DNA from: Vicugna vicugna | Taxonomy: Eukaryota | Assembly: GCA_013265495.1 (NCBI GenBank) | Contig: MU058365.1 | Coordinates: 124,001 to 188,000, forward strand | DNA length: 64,000 nt | Reading direction: 5' to 3' | Shown: positions 1 through 12,217 of the stretch, piece after piece | How positions within the stretch are numbered: position 1 is the stretch's first letter | Layout of the letters: the number at the start of each line of letters is the position of its first letter | Made by a program: the position numbers and the translations under genes | The notes under the pieces: model-generated | Seen by the model: only the letters and a program-made list of their open reading frames with translations | What the model was told of the DNA's origin: nothing | Database searches by the model: none

Positions 1-1799
1 GAGGGAAGAGTTGAATAATTTAAGTGGTGAGCCATTTAAAATGTTTTGTATTAAATAAGCATTAATATATTGTAGAGTAAAATGCAAATATAAAAATAAA
101 TTTTAAGATAAACATGAGACTTTGAAGAAAGATCCAGTTCAAACTGGATGCTTCAGTAGTCTTCCAAATCCTCCTGGGAATGTTATTATTGGCCTCTTCG
201 GTTTGGGAATACTGGATTTTGAGAAGCAAGCATAACAGGTATGAGCTTTGAAGTCATACAAATTTGGGTTTGTATCACATCTCTGGATATTACCAACTGT
301 GGGACTTTCAGCAAGTTACTCAGTTTCCTCACCTGCAAATGGAAGATAATATTTCATGGGGTTGTGGGAAAGATTAAATTAATAAATATAAAGTACTTAG
401 CACAGAAAAGGTACATAAATCTTAAGTTTTTTCTCTATTTAAAAATATTCTAATATGTGTATTTGGTTGAATAAAGCCTTATTGAACACCTAGCTCAGCA
501 GAATGCTAATGCTGTGAGCCTTTTTTAAAAAACTACCTGCAGTTGTAAGGTGCCAAAGAAATATGCTTTTACCTCTTTTATTTTATTTGACTTGATCCTT
601 ACAGTAATCCTGTGAACAGTTTCCTGGGGTCCCCATTTAAAATTAACACATTTAAGATTGGATCACTTAAGCAAGGTTAAATATTTAACTGCTAGGTTTT
701 GCAGGCTGACAGGGCAAACAAAAGAGTCTGTGGGCTCATGGAGCCTATAATCAATCAGGATTATTGTTGAGTATTTCTGATTTGTGTTGCATTTCTGACT
801 TGTGTTATTGTCTAGATATAATACTAAGGATAGGAATGAGGTACCAATATGCTGTCAATATCTATAATTAAAGTATTTAAATAACAAGACATTTTCATGC
901 TCACTGGGGGGTGGGGGATGGGGAAGCCCCTTAAAAGGAGGAGAACCCGGAAGAGTGGTTCTTGTCTTCTGGCTGTGAAAGAATTCACAGTGGAGATAAA
1001 GGGGCAGAGTGAAAGCTGCTCTACTGCTCAAATAGAAGGAAAAGAGGAGAAGACACTCGACACTTGGGTAGAAAGACACTCAAGCAGAGGAACTCTAAGC
1101 CCAGGTGGCTTGACATAACAACTCCCACTTTTAGAGTCCCCGGCTGGGTCCTTTTATTCCTCTTTGTTGTGACTTCTTTTGTCTCCTCATTGGCTGCCCT
1201 TTTCCTGCTTGCTTTCCAGTTTGTTCTGCTCTGTGGAACAAACACTCTGCAAAAACATGATAAGTCACCCTCAAACAATGTGGTCAAGCTAGGTTGAGCA
1301 AGCAAGGCAAGCAAGTGGGTTCCTTAAACAGTATGGAAAAAGAAATCAGATCATGTCAGGGCTTTGTGTTTCCGCAAGGTAGCTTTTTCCATTACTCAGC
1401 AGAAGCATTTTCTGGAGTCAGCTATAGCTTAATTTTAAATTTTAAAGAAGTCTCTAGGCAACAGGTCCCAGTTTCAGTTCCCTAGCTCTCTGTCTCCTTC
1501 AACTGGGCTATTTTCTAGAGATGTGGGGGAGAAATCATATGAATATTTCTGTTACACCTGAGGAGAGGTTTATTTTCTTTTAGCCTAAGAACATGGAAGT
1601 TTTAAAAATGGTGACCTTGCGTGTTCAAGTGAATTTGGGCATAGGAAAGATAAATGAGTGCTGTCTGGACTAAGGAAAAACTCTGAATCTAGGCTTGGCT
1701 TTAGAGATGGTTGTGATAAATCTTAAGGCCTCAAACATTTATATTTGGAATAGCAATATCAAAATTACACAAGGCCTAATACAAAATAGGAGCTTAAAA

Positions 1800-3030
1800 T
1801 ATTTGTTGTCCACCAACTCTTGAAATGTTGTTCTCACTTGACTTCTGAGATGCTACACTCCTGATTTACTTCCTACCCATCTGGCTTTTCTGTCTCCCTT
1901 CCAAGTTTGTTTTCCATAACCTGGGCATGAATGTTACAATTCTTTTAAGGCCCTATTGCTGACTTCTCACTGACTGTCCTGTTCTATTCTCTCCTCTCTG
2001 ATTCTCCCATCCTCTATCTTTCTCTCTGCTATCTTATTCATATTCACAGTTCAGTGACTATTTATATGTCAGTGATTTGTAAATTTATTTTTCTAACTCT
2101 GACCTGTTCTCGGACCTCCAGATGCAAATATCTAATATGCATACAGCGCGATGCTAAATCTCCAACTATCTTAAACCTAACTCATTATCTTCAGCCCCTA
2201 AAACCTTTTGTCCTCTTCAGGCATTCCTTGCCTCTAAATATCCTTCCATCTGCACAAAACAGAAACCTAGGAATCATCCTCCACACCTCCTTCCCTTTAA
2301 CTCTCCATATTCAGTATATCCACAAACCCTATCAATTTTCTCCCTAAAATATCTCAATTATGTTCATGTCTCCTTCTCTAGGCCAAGCTGTCACCATTTC
2401 ATTTACAGGTACTGCGAGGACCTTTTAGCTGGTCTCTCTGAATCTTGTCTTCCCCTCCCCTCTAGACTGTTCTCCCATGCTACAGGCTGGGGGTTCTTTC
2501 TAGAGTGTATTTCTGTTCACATAACCCCCTATATTGATCTTAGGATAAAGATCAGATTTCTTAAGGAGACTTACAAGAAGCCTTGCATGTTCTGGCTCCT
2601 GTTTACTTCTTTAGCTGAAACCTTTCCGTCTCTCCTCTTTGCTCTTTATACTCCAGCCACCCTGATCTTAATTCCTGTGTGTGCCAGACCTCATCATACA
2701 ACAAAGCCTTCGCACATGGCCTCTCTGCTTCACTTAATTAACTATTTATCCTTCATATCTCAGTATTCATTGACCCCCTTCTCTGACCCTGAACCTGTCC
2801 CTTTAACAACCCCCCTCAAGACTAGGTCAAATCTCCCGCCTTAAGGCTCTCACAGCACCAAATGTCTTTGTGTGATCATTTATTTAACACATGAGTCCCC
2901 AAGTAGAATGAAAGACTCAGTAGAACAGGGACCAGGTGGATTTTACTCATTGCTGTTTTCCTAGGGCCCCAGCCCAGTGTATGGCTTATAGGAGGTGCTC
3001 AGTATATGTTAGAAGAATGGATGGTTAGAT
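1800..3030 (+). mobile_element. Old LINE-2 (L2) fragment
   Basis: Pyrimidine-rich L2-like body ending in a typical L2 3' end (GGAGGTGCTCAGTATATGTTAGAAGAATGGATGG); boundaries approximate. Confidence 0.6.
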
Positions 3031-3182
3031 GATTGACTGGCCCCTCTCTCCCTATTTTTTTCTGTTTTGTACTCTTAAATATGATGGAAAGTATATTCTT
3101 GTAGAAAGTATCTACTTGTAGAAAACAAATAAAATACCAAAAATGTAAAGAATGTAAAACTAATTCATAGACCTTTTCGGTT

Positions 3183-3695
3183 TTATTTTTTAAATTGTAG
3201 TTGATTTACAGTGTTTCAGGTATATAGCAAAGTGATTCAGTTATACATATATCTATATATTCTTTTTCAGATTCTCTTCCATTCTAGGTTATTACAAGAT
3301 ATTAAATACAATTCCCTGTGCTATACAGGAGGTCTTTGTATATATTTTATATATAGTAATGTGTATCCATTAACCCCAAATTCCTAATTTATCACCCTCC
3401 CCTTTCCCCTTTGGTAACCATAAATTTGTTTTTTATGTCTGTGACTCTATTTCTGTTTAGTAAGTAAGTTCGTTTATATCATTTTTTTGATTCCGTATGT
3501 AAGTGATATAATACGATATTTGTCTTCATCTGATTTACTTCACTTTGTATGATAATCTCTAGATCCATCCATGCTGCTGCAAATGGCATTATTTCATTCT
3601 TTTTGTGGCTGAGTAATACTCCATTGTATGTATATACCACACTTTATCTATTCATCTGTCGATGGAAATTTAGGTTACTTCTATGTTTTCTTCAA
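3183..3695 (-). mobile_element. LINE-1 3' end
   Basis: Reverse complement of an L1 3'UTR/ORF2 end (GATAATCTCTAGATCCATCCATGCTGCTGCAAATGGC...). Confidence 0.75.
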
Positions 3696-3699
3696 CCCA

Positions 3700-4459
3700 T
3701 GTTACCAAATGAAACTTGGGTCTGCTCACAGTGCACAGTCAAGCCAGTCTACTGACACTGGGTTGTGGTGAAGGAAAGTACAGCATTTATTCCAAGGCCA
3801 AGCAAGGACTGTGGGCAGGTAATGCTCAAAAGACCGAAACTCCCCGATGGCTTAAAGACAGGGTGAGAGAGAGGGTTGTGGGGTGCTTGATCAGCTCATG
3901 GACGTTCTTCTGATTGGTAGATGGGAAGGTAATAGGGAGCAAAAACACTTTCATTCTTCTGGTTCCAACCTGTCTGGGGTCTGTGTGCTTCTGGTTGGCA
4001 TGTAGTTAACTTCTTCCACCTGGTAGGGGTTTCAGAATCTGCAAAAAGCTCAAGGATATGACTCAGAATATTATCCATAGCCCTTGAGGAACTAAATAAA
4101 GGTTCTTGACTTTGTTTAATGGCTAAACTGTTACTATTTTGTCTTGCTTGACTGTTTTCTCTTGTTTCTGTATTTTCTCTTTTCTGATTAAATTTGCTCT
4201 TTGGAACTCTGGGAAGGCCTAGGAGGCTAAAGTTTTTCTATAAACAAGAGGCAGGTGGAGGACATGGTGGGGGGTGGGGGTGGGGTCAGTCCTATAAAGG
4301 CCCCATAGGGTCTTGCTCAGTTACAGTCCCCCCTTTTCTTTGATACTCCTCAATCTTGAGGGGGAACAGGTGCAGGACAAGAAAGGTAATAAAGTTTTGG
4401 ATAGAGAGGTTGATCATAAACTCAGCAGAAGAACTCGTTTTTAGGGGGACTCAGTTTCA
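3700..4459 (-). mobile_element. ERV LTR (3700-4325) with adjacent polypurine tract and extension
   Basis: TG...CA termini; minus strand reads AAAAGGGGGGAC (PPT-like) directly before TGTAACTGAGC; minus-strand AATAAA near the 3700 end. Confidence 0.6.
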
Positions 4460-5109
4460 CTCAGAAATAATAATGTTAACATTTTCATTTATTTTTAATC
4501 TTCCTACAAATTCATATAATGTATATATTTGTTACCATAGTTGTGATCAAATTGTGAAGAAATGTATATATCTTATTTTTCACTTTATATTTTGTCAAAA
4601 GCTCTCTCTTTATGATTAAAAATTACTTTAAAATTAAGTTTAATGTTTGCATACTATTCTGTCCTTAGGTCCATCTTTCTAATCAGTGGCCTGTAATTGG
4701 ACAGTTGAATTATTTCTAGTTTTCTGCTGTGATGAGGTAGGATGTGCTCTGAAGCTGGCTTGTTCGAATGTTTCCCTGTATGCCCCCCCTCTCTCCATAC
4801 ATTTCTGGTAGTAGAATTCCTTGGTCAAAAAGCACGCACATTTTCATTTTGAATCTTAATGCCAAATGTTTGCACCACTTACACTCCTACTAATAGTGGA
4901 TGAGGGCTGATTTTCCTGCCTCCACCCTAGCACTGGCCCTTAGCAGTCTTTAGATGGTTATTTTTTTTCTTTTTTTGAGGCATAATTGACTTTCAATGGT
5001 TATTATCTTTTATGACTAAGAAAGTTTAAAAGTCTTTCCATATAATTTTATTGGCCAAGTATATTTTATCATTGTAACTATCTCATTTATATCTTTTTCC
5101 CATTTTTAA

Positions 5110-5575
5110 TTCTTAATAGTGGCAAAATACACATAACAAAAAATTTACCATCTTAACCATCTCTAAGTGTAAGGTTCAGTATTGTTAATTATATTCACAA
5201 TGTTGTACAACCGATGTCCAGGACTTTTTTATCTTGCAAACCTAGAACTCTATACCCATTAAACAACAACTCACCATTTCCCCTGCCCCCAGCCACTGAC
5301 AAGCCATTCTACTTTGCATGAGTTTGACGATTCTTTGTACAAATGGAATCATACAGTATTTGTCTTTTTATGACTGGTTTATTTCACTTAGTGTAATGTC
5401 CTCAAGGTTCATTCATGTTATAGCATGTATCAAAATTTCCTTACTTTTAAAGGTTGAATAATATTCCATTGTATGTATGTAACACATTTTGTTTACCCAT
5501 TCTTCTGTGAATAGGCACTTGAGTAGCTCTTACCTTTGGTCTACTGTGAGTCATGCTACTGTGAACATGAGTGTT
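5110..5575 (-). mobile_element. Old LINE-1 (L1M-like) 3' fragment
   Basis: L1 3'UTR-like motifs (CTGGTTTATTTCACTTAGTGTAATGTCCTCAAGGTTCATTCATGTT). Confidence 0.7.
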
Positions 5576-5946
5576 TATCCTTTCCCACTTTTTAACTAGG
5601 CTACTTTTAATTTGAAATATGTATTTGTAATAGGTCAATGTTTTTATTATCAGAAACAATAACTAATATTTATTGTATTTACCATAGGCCAACCATTCTG
5701 CTCAGTTTTGTCTGACATGAAAACCCAAAATCCATATGCTGCCAACTCTCTCACGTGCGCCTATTCTATCATACAGGCTATTTGCCTAATCTGTATATTG
5801 CAGATACCTTCCCACTTTGTCATGTGTATTTAAACTTTATGAGGTTTTCTATTTTATTGAGGTCATGCATATGCAAAGTTTGTGTTTAATTCTAACTTCA
5901 GTAACATGCTTAGAAAGTCTTTCTTTTCTTCCAAAATTATAAGCAT

Positions 5947-6036
5947 GGGGGAGTGGGGATATAGCTCAGTGGTAAAGTGTGTGCTTAGCATATGCGAGGT
6001 CCTGGGTTCAATCACCAGTACCTCCGTTAAAAAAAG
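5947..6036 (+). mobile_element. tRNA-derived SINE (camelid vic-1-like)
   Basis: A/B boxes (TAGCTCAGTGG...GGTTCAATC), A-rich tail, TSD AAAATTATAAG(C/T)AT at 5933-5946 and 6037-6050. Confidence 0.85.
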
Positions 6037-6764
6037 AAAATTATAAGTATAATCATCTGTTTTTTCTACTTGCAGTTTATGATTTAATTTGAATTTTTTA
6101 ATCTGATTTTTTTTAATGTAAAGTAGGAGGAAGAAAGCATTTTTTTTCTTTCTTTCCAGTGGTGAGCCAATTTTCTAAGCACTCTTTATGAGGTAATCAA
6201 TCTTTTCTCCCACCTATATGAAATGCCACCTTTATCATATACTTTTATGTAGTTAGGTCCTATATTCCTGATATAAGACATATTTATTGTGTATATTCTT
6301 TCACTATCCAACTAGATTCAGTTCATAAAGATTTTATAGGCTTAGTTAAGAGTTTTGCATTTTTTCATGAGTGAGAGTAATCTGTGACATGATTATGTCT
6401 CCTTTGGTTTTGGCAATGGAGCTTTACAACCTTTGCAAAATGAACTAAGAAGCTTCTCTATTTCTTCTATGCTAACTTATGTTAGTTTTAAACAAATACA
6501 TATATTCCCTTATATTATTCTAATCCAAGAAATGTGGCTCACCTCAAAGGATAGTAAGATCAGTGGGGCTTCTGTGAGAATTACAGCATTAATGGTTTTC
6601 TTAACCTGCTTGAGCTGCAGAAGTGCGAAGGGCAGTCACCTTTTGCCCTAAGGCAGACTGTCTTGGACAAATATTTTGATAACTAGGTCCACAGCAGTGA
6701 AGTTCTTGTGAAATATTGAAACTAGCCTTGTGAAGGGCTCTGTGTTATTTGTTTAAGAAAGCAC

Positions 6765-6851
6765 TGCTCGCACTATTTATAGTAGTGAAGACATGGAAAC
6801 AGCCCAAGTGCCCAGCAACAGATGACTGGATTGGTTAAAGAAGATGTGGTT

Positions 6852-6883
<32 letters not shown>

Positions 6884-7350
6884 TATATGTATATATATAT
6901 ATATAATGGGATATTACTCAGCCATAAAAAAGAATGAAATGTTACTATTTGCAGCAACATGGATGGACTTAGAGGATATCATACTATGTGAAGAAAGAGA
7001 AAGACAAGTATTATATGATATCATTTCTATATGGAATCTAAAAATTAATACAAATGAACTTATATACAAAACAGAAACAGACTCACAGACATAGAAAATA
7101 AACTTATGGTTACCAAAGGGGAAATGGAGGCAGGGAGAGAGATAAATTAGGAGTATGGGATTAACTGATACAAACTGCTATACATAAATAGATAAGCAAC
7201 AAGAATTTACCAAATAACACAGAACTATATTCAATATCTTAGAAAACCTATAATGAAAAATAACCTGAAATATATATATAACTGAATCATTTTGCTAAAC
7301 ACCTGAAACTAACACAATATTGTAAGTCAAGTATACTTTTAAGATAAATA
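6765..7350 (+). mobile_element. LINE-1 3' end containing a (TA)n microsatellite (~6852-6905)
   Basis: Translation matches the L1 ORF2 C-terminus (YYSAIKKNE..FAATWMDLE), followed by 3'UTR. Confidence 0.8.
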
Positions 7351-8752
7351 AATACATACATACATACATACATACATACTGCTAGTCACAAATGTTCTGA
7401 AAATGGCATTTTGAATTTAAGAGTTGTTTGGTGATAACAGTAGCCTAATTCATGGATACCACTTTTTTCCCTTACATGTGTGGTTCCCAACTTTTTCAAG
7501 TTATCTAACTTTTATTTCACAAAACAAAATGTAGATATTTTGTTTCTAGATTACATACACATAATATATTTATGTATACATGTATGTATATAAGCATACA
7601 TATATATTACATAATACTTCTTTCTTTGGGGGAGAGAGTCTATAAAAATCAAACCGGTAGACTGTAAAAAGGTCAGCCTCCAGGAATAGTTGTAGTTCAC
7701 ATCATGACCTCCCCCTTCCACCTCAATATTTTTTTATCTGTCTCACACACCTCTCTGTTTTGTTACTTATTGCTAATCTTTAATAAGATTTTTACAAATA
7801 GCATTATTTCTTCCTGCTTTAGAGACCTAAAACTCTGGGTATTTTATCTTCATGGAGGAGAGAAAATCAGAAGAGTCCTGTAAGATAAAAAGACTTTGGA
7901 AATAGGATGGGATTGGGATTCTAGTGTGTTCATGGAGAGACAGCTGAAGAACAGTTAAACTTGAAAACTGATGCTAATTTACAGTGAGGCAGGAAAGAGA
8001 GGATTGAGAAGACTGATAATATTGATTATGTAGACATGAAATATGTAAATTATTAAGGCAGTAAATTACTGCCTGCGATGGAATTTGCTCTTTTTAAAGA
8101 GTCTAATACGAGTCCAGGAGGGCTCAGGAGTTTCCTGTAGAATGGATTCTCCAGTAGTCTTGTTCTGGATTTCAGAGACATCCGTGAAAAAGCAAACATA
8201 TGCCCCCGTATTTGTAGTGTCAAGCTCAGGAGGATTTAAGAGTAAGTGGAAACACAATTTACTCTTGGCTTAGGAGGAGGGGAGACACTGATCACAAAAG
8301 TAGTTTCCATAGATGAGGGTCATCATCACACTCCCGCTGAACAGACCCTTACGATTTATCTAAATGGCTGTGTTGTAGGAGGGGACTCTGTGTGAGCTTT
8401 TCTCTAACTCCGTTCAAAGTTAGAATTAGTGTTTGTGCAACTGATCTTGCAAGTAAGGGTGATCATTTGCCTCATATTTGAAAGCGTATTTTGTACTTGT
8501 GCTTGAAGCTTTGAACTGACACCCTGTTTTTAGCACTACATAGACTGGATTTTCAAATGTAGTTTTCCCAAATGTCATCTTTTCAGACGTGCTCTCAGTT
8601 AAGTGGATAGCGGCTTGCTGAACTGCTAGAATCACAGCGACGTCATTAGCTCCAGCCCTTGAAGGAGGAACTAATTTGTTGTTCATCTTTACATCCATAG
8701 AGCGTCTTTGCTTTTAAGTTTTATTCCACTCACTATACCAGGAGGGACAAAA

Positions 8753-8956
8753 TGACATCAGCAAAAGGGGTGCGGAATATGTAGATTAGCCCAGTGACTG
8801 ACAGTTATGCTTACACTAGGTATATATTTCCTAAGATTTTGGCAATATCTAGATATATAAAATATTGCTGCGTGCTAAATACAGTTTGGAGACTACTCTA
8901 GAAGCGGGGAGTGGTCTATAAAAATACTTGAAAAAAGTAATCCTATCTAAAGAGTG
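8753..8956 (+). promoter_or_regulatory. Promoter of U1 copy 1: CRE-like site + octamer DSE, and PSE
   Basis: TGACATCA 8753-8760, octamer variant ATGTAGAT 8779-8786 (-220), PSE-like TAATCCTATCTAAAGAGTG 8938-8956 (-61). Confidence 0.7.
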
Positions 8957-8998
8957 ATTTGAATCTGTGGGTGAGGTGCCAGGCGAAGCTAGCCACTC

Positions 8999-9162
8999 AT
9001 ACTTACCTGGCAGGGGAGATACCATGATCACGAAGGTGGTTTTCCCAGGGCGAGGCTCATCCATTGCACTCCGGATGTGCTGACCCCTGCGATTTCCCCA
9101 AATGTGGGAAACTCGACTGCATAATTTGTGGTAGTGGGGGACTGCGTTCGCGCTTTCCCCTG
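8999..9162 (+). ncRNA. RNU1: U1 snRNA copy 1 (164 nt, U60C variant)
   Basis: Full U1 sequence ATACTTACCTGG...TTTCCCCTG; Sm site AATTTGTG; one difference from human U1 (C at 9058); weak 3' box ~9172-9184. Confidence 0.97.
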
Positions 9163-9529
9163 ATAGTTTTTGTTCAAGAGAAGAGTAAGTTTGTGGCCTT
9201 GGTTTTCTGTTTTTGTAAATTACATCTGTTGGTGTGTTTTTAGTTGGGTTTTGTTTTCAAAAGTAGGAACTCTGCAATTTTTTGCTGAGGTCTCATTTTT
9301 ATCTTAAGGGGTTTGTTTTTTTATTTTGTTTTCCAAAGATCTCTTCTTCCTACCGTGGTGAAACTATCTGAGGTATAAAGGATAAACTTCTTTAACACTG
9401 GGATAGGGGACGCGTCTCTGGCCTTTTTTTGATTTCTAAAGGTTACGTCTATATGTTGTTTGCGATCTGTTCGTGCATTTTCAGTCAGCAGACTTTCTGT
9501 CTTCTGTTTAACACCTAATCTCTCAGGCT

Positions 9530-9650
9530 GGAGGCGGGGGATAGCTCAGCGGTACAGCGCGTGCTTAGCATGCAAGAGGTCCTGCCTCCAATACAATAAA
9601 ATACATAAGTGTCTCCCCCTTCCCCCAAAAATAACATGGGAAAAAAAAAA
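9530..9650 (+). mobile_element. Degenerate vic-1-like SINE in the U1 repeat unit
   Basis: GGGGATAGCTCAGCGG...GCTTAGCATGCAAGAGGTCCTG with internal deletion and A-rich tail. Confidence 0.7.
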
Positions 9651-9925
9651 TGGATGTACGTAGTGGGCCTTCCTTCTTCCTCCTATAAGGGCCGTGTGAT
9701 TACAGTAGGCGCACGTGGATATTTCGGGCCTTTTCCCCGCGGCCCTCCAAACCGCCCGACCCCCCCTCCCCAATTTCAAAACCTGTATGACGTACAGTCT
9801 GTTTTGCTAGAGTGAGGTAACATATTAACAGGTTTCGGAGGTTAGGACGCGGACATTTTGGTGGGTGAGTATTCAGCCTACCGCATCAGCAAAGGCCGGA
9901 GATGTGTTTGTCGGGCGCTGTGGAA

Positions 9926-10128
9926 TGACGTCACTGAAAGATACTTGGAGTATGTAAATGACCGCAGTGTCTGCTGGTCTTGTTCACACTGTGCAGACAT
10001 TAGTTATTTTCTGCAGTGTCCAGATCTACAAAAATCTGATTGTCCGTCTTTTACAGTTTGTAGAAGTGTTTGTTTCGTCAGTGACGGTCTGGAGCGCGCG
10101 TGCAGTGCATGACCGTATGTTTGAAGTG
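9926..10128 (+). promoter_or_regulatory. Promoter of U1 copy 2
   Basis: CRE TGACGTCA 9926-9933, octamer-like ATGTAAAT 9952-9959, PSE TGACCGTATGTTTGAAGTG 10110-10128 (-61). Confidence 0.85.
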
Positions 10129-10170
10129 TTTGGAATGTGAGGGTGAGGTTGGAGGCAGCGTTGTGAGCTC

Positions 10171-10334
10171 ATACTTACCTGGCAGGGGAGATACCATGAT
10201 CACGAAGGTGGTTTTCCCAGGGCGAGGCTTATCCATTGCACTCCGGATGTGCTGACCCCTGCGATTTCCCCAAATGTGGGAAACTCGACTGCATAATTTG
10301 TGGTAGTGGGGGACTGCGTTCGCGCTCTCCCCTG
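10171..10334 (+). ncRNA. RNU1: U1 snRNA copy 2 (164 nt, U157C variant)
   Basis: Full U1 sequence; 3' box GTTTAACAGTAGA at 10344-10356. Confidence 0.98.
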
Positions 10335-10706
10335 ATGTAGTTGGTTTAACAGTAGATTAGATTCCTCGCTTTGTGTTGTTTCTTTGCTCTAGTCTGTGAG
10401 TTATAGGCGCTTGGGTTTTTACTTGGCTCTTAAACTGTGAGTTCTATTAACGGATTTCCACTTCGAGCAGTGAGAATATCGTTTCCAAAGGCTGTTCGTT
10501 ATTCTTGCAAGGGGCTGTAAGCATTTACTATTTAAGTCTGTTTCACTGTTCTGAATATCAAAAGAGAGTACTTTTTTGGCTCTTTCTGTCTTGTCTGTTG
10601 TTTGTGTTTGTTCACTTTGAAAGCCAAGAGTTTAGTATTTTTTGCCTGCTGACCTCTGTCCTCACACCTAAACTCGGGCCTGGGGGAGGGGGTAGCTCGA
10701 TGGTAG

Positions 10707-11105
10707 TGTTACAGAAATGACAGGCTAGCCAAGAAACAAGCACCACTCGGAGGGTCGGAGTACTCAGATTTATTATGCTGGCAGGCTCAGAGGGGCTTCT
10801 GCTCCGAAGCTCTGAGCACCTCCAAGACGTGTGCAGGAGGTTTTTATAGGGTTAATTTACAAGCTTGGGGTATTAGGCCAATAGGCATGGAACAGCTTTA
10901 GCAGCATCATTATCACAAAAGTAGAGGCAGGGAGGGAGCAAACCAACATTTCAAGGTCAGATATGTCTCTTTGAAAATCCAGCTGACTAGCAAATAAAAC
11001 AAAACAAAACAAAACAAAAACATGAGCAGGGAATCAGCAAACTGACACTTGTTACACTTAGATTCATGAGTTAGCTTATTAGCTGAGCCTGTCTTTTCCT
11101 TCTCA
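10707..11105 (-). mobile_element. ERV solo LTR
   Basis: TGTTACAG...TTCTCA termini; minus-strand TATAAAAA and AATAAA; interrupts a SINE head at 10682-10706. Confidence 0.6.
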
Positions 11106-11587
11106 GGTTTATTCAGATACATTGAAAGGCAGGAGAAAGGCCACGAGGTGTAGGGGTTGAGTGCTCAGATTAAAAGTAGGTACACATTCCATAGACAGAA
11201 TGTGGGCTGTCTCCGAAGAGGAAGAGAGAGGCTGCCGCAAGATGCTGTATTGATGGTTTTTATGGGCTTGGTGGCTTCATATGCTAATAAGTGGAAGGAC
11301 CAGTCTAAGTAGCCTGGGGAGGGGGCTGGGATTCCCAGGAAGTTGGCCATTTCCCACTCTTTGACCTTTTGTGGCTAGCCTTGGGACTGCCATGGTGCCT
11401 GTGGGCATGTTATTCACCATGTTACTGTATTACAGTGAGTGTATAATGAAGCTCAAAATCTGCTAGAAGTTAAATCTGTCATCATCTTTAGCCTCATAGG
11501 CCTTCTAGGGGTTGAATCTTTCACCATTTTGATATTAATTGCTGTAGCATTCGTTGAATGGCTGTGCCCTGCCCCATTCCTGTCTCA
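11106..11587 (-). mobile_element. ERV LTR, truncated; same family as 16453-17053
   Basis: Extensive similarity to 16600-17053, ending in CCTGTCTCA; U1-unit flank resumes directly after. Confidence 0.7.
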
Positions 11588-11822
11588 TAAGGGCCCTGTG
11601 ATTACAGTAGGTGCACGTGGATATTTCGGGCCTTTTCCCCGCGGCCTTCCATACTGTCCCCCAATCCTCCCATCTCAAAACCTGAATGATGTGCAATCTG
11701 TTTTGCTAGAGTGAGGTAACATTCACAGGTTCTGGGGATTAGGACGCAGACATTTTCATGGGTGAGTATTCAGCCTACCACATCAACAAAAGCCGGAGAT
11801 GTGTTTGTCGGGCGCTGTGGAA

Positions 11823-12025
11823 TGACGTCACTGAAAGATACTTGGAGTATGTAAATGACCGCAGTGTCTGCTGGTCTTGTTCACGTTGTGCAGATACTAG
11901 TTATTTTCTGCAGTGTCCAGATCTACAAAAATCTGATTGTCCGTCTTTTACAGTTTGTAGAAGTGTTTGTTTCGTCAGTGACGGTCTGGAGCGCGCGTGC
12001 AGTGCATGACCGTATGTTTGAAGTG
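11823..12025 (+). promoter_or_regulatory. Promoter of U1 copy 3
   Basis: TGACGTCA 11823-11830, ATGTAAAT 11849-11856, PSE 12007-12025, all identical to copies 2 and 4; PSE-to-start spacer 9 nt shorter. Confidence 0.8.
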
Positions 12026-12058
12026 TTTGGAATGTGAGGGTGAGGTTGGAATGAGCTC

Positions 12059-12217
12059 ATACTGGCAGGGGAGATACCATGATCACGAAGGTGGTTTTCC
12101 CAGGGCGAGGCTTATCCATTGCACTCCGGATGTGCTGACCCCTGCGATTTCCCCAAATGTGGGAAACTCGACTGCATAATTTGTGGTAGTGGGGGACTGC
12201 GTTCGCGCTCTCCCCTG
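12059..12217 (+). ncRNA. RNU1: Variant U1 copy 3 (159 nt; 5-nt deletion in the 5' splice-site recognition arm); variant gene or pseudogene
   Basis: ATACTGGCAGG instead of ATACTTACCTGGCAGG; remainder identical to copy 2; 3' box-like GTTCCTAATAACAGA 12232-12246. Confidence 0.9.

Noticed and set aside
5947..6036. tRNA-like sequences here and at 18141, 20470 and 44055
   Set aside because: A-rich tails, TSDs at most copies and no proper acceptor stem: tRNA-derived SINEs, not tRNA genes
9858..10112. Cys-rich 83-84 aa ORF repeated three times (9858, 11758, 18461)
   Set aside because: It overlies the U1 promoter; the repetition reflects promoter homogenisation, the start codons differ between copies and there is no recognisable protein family
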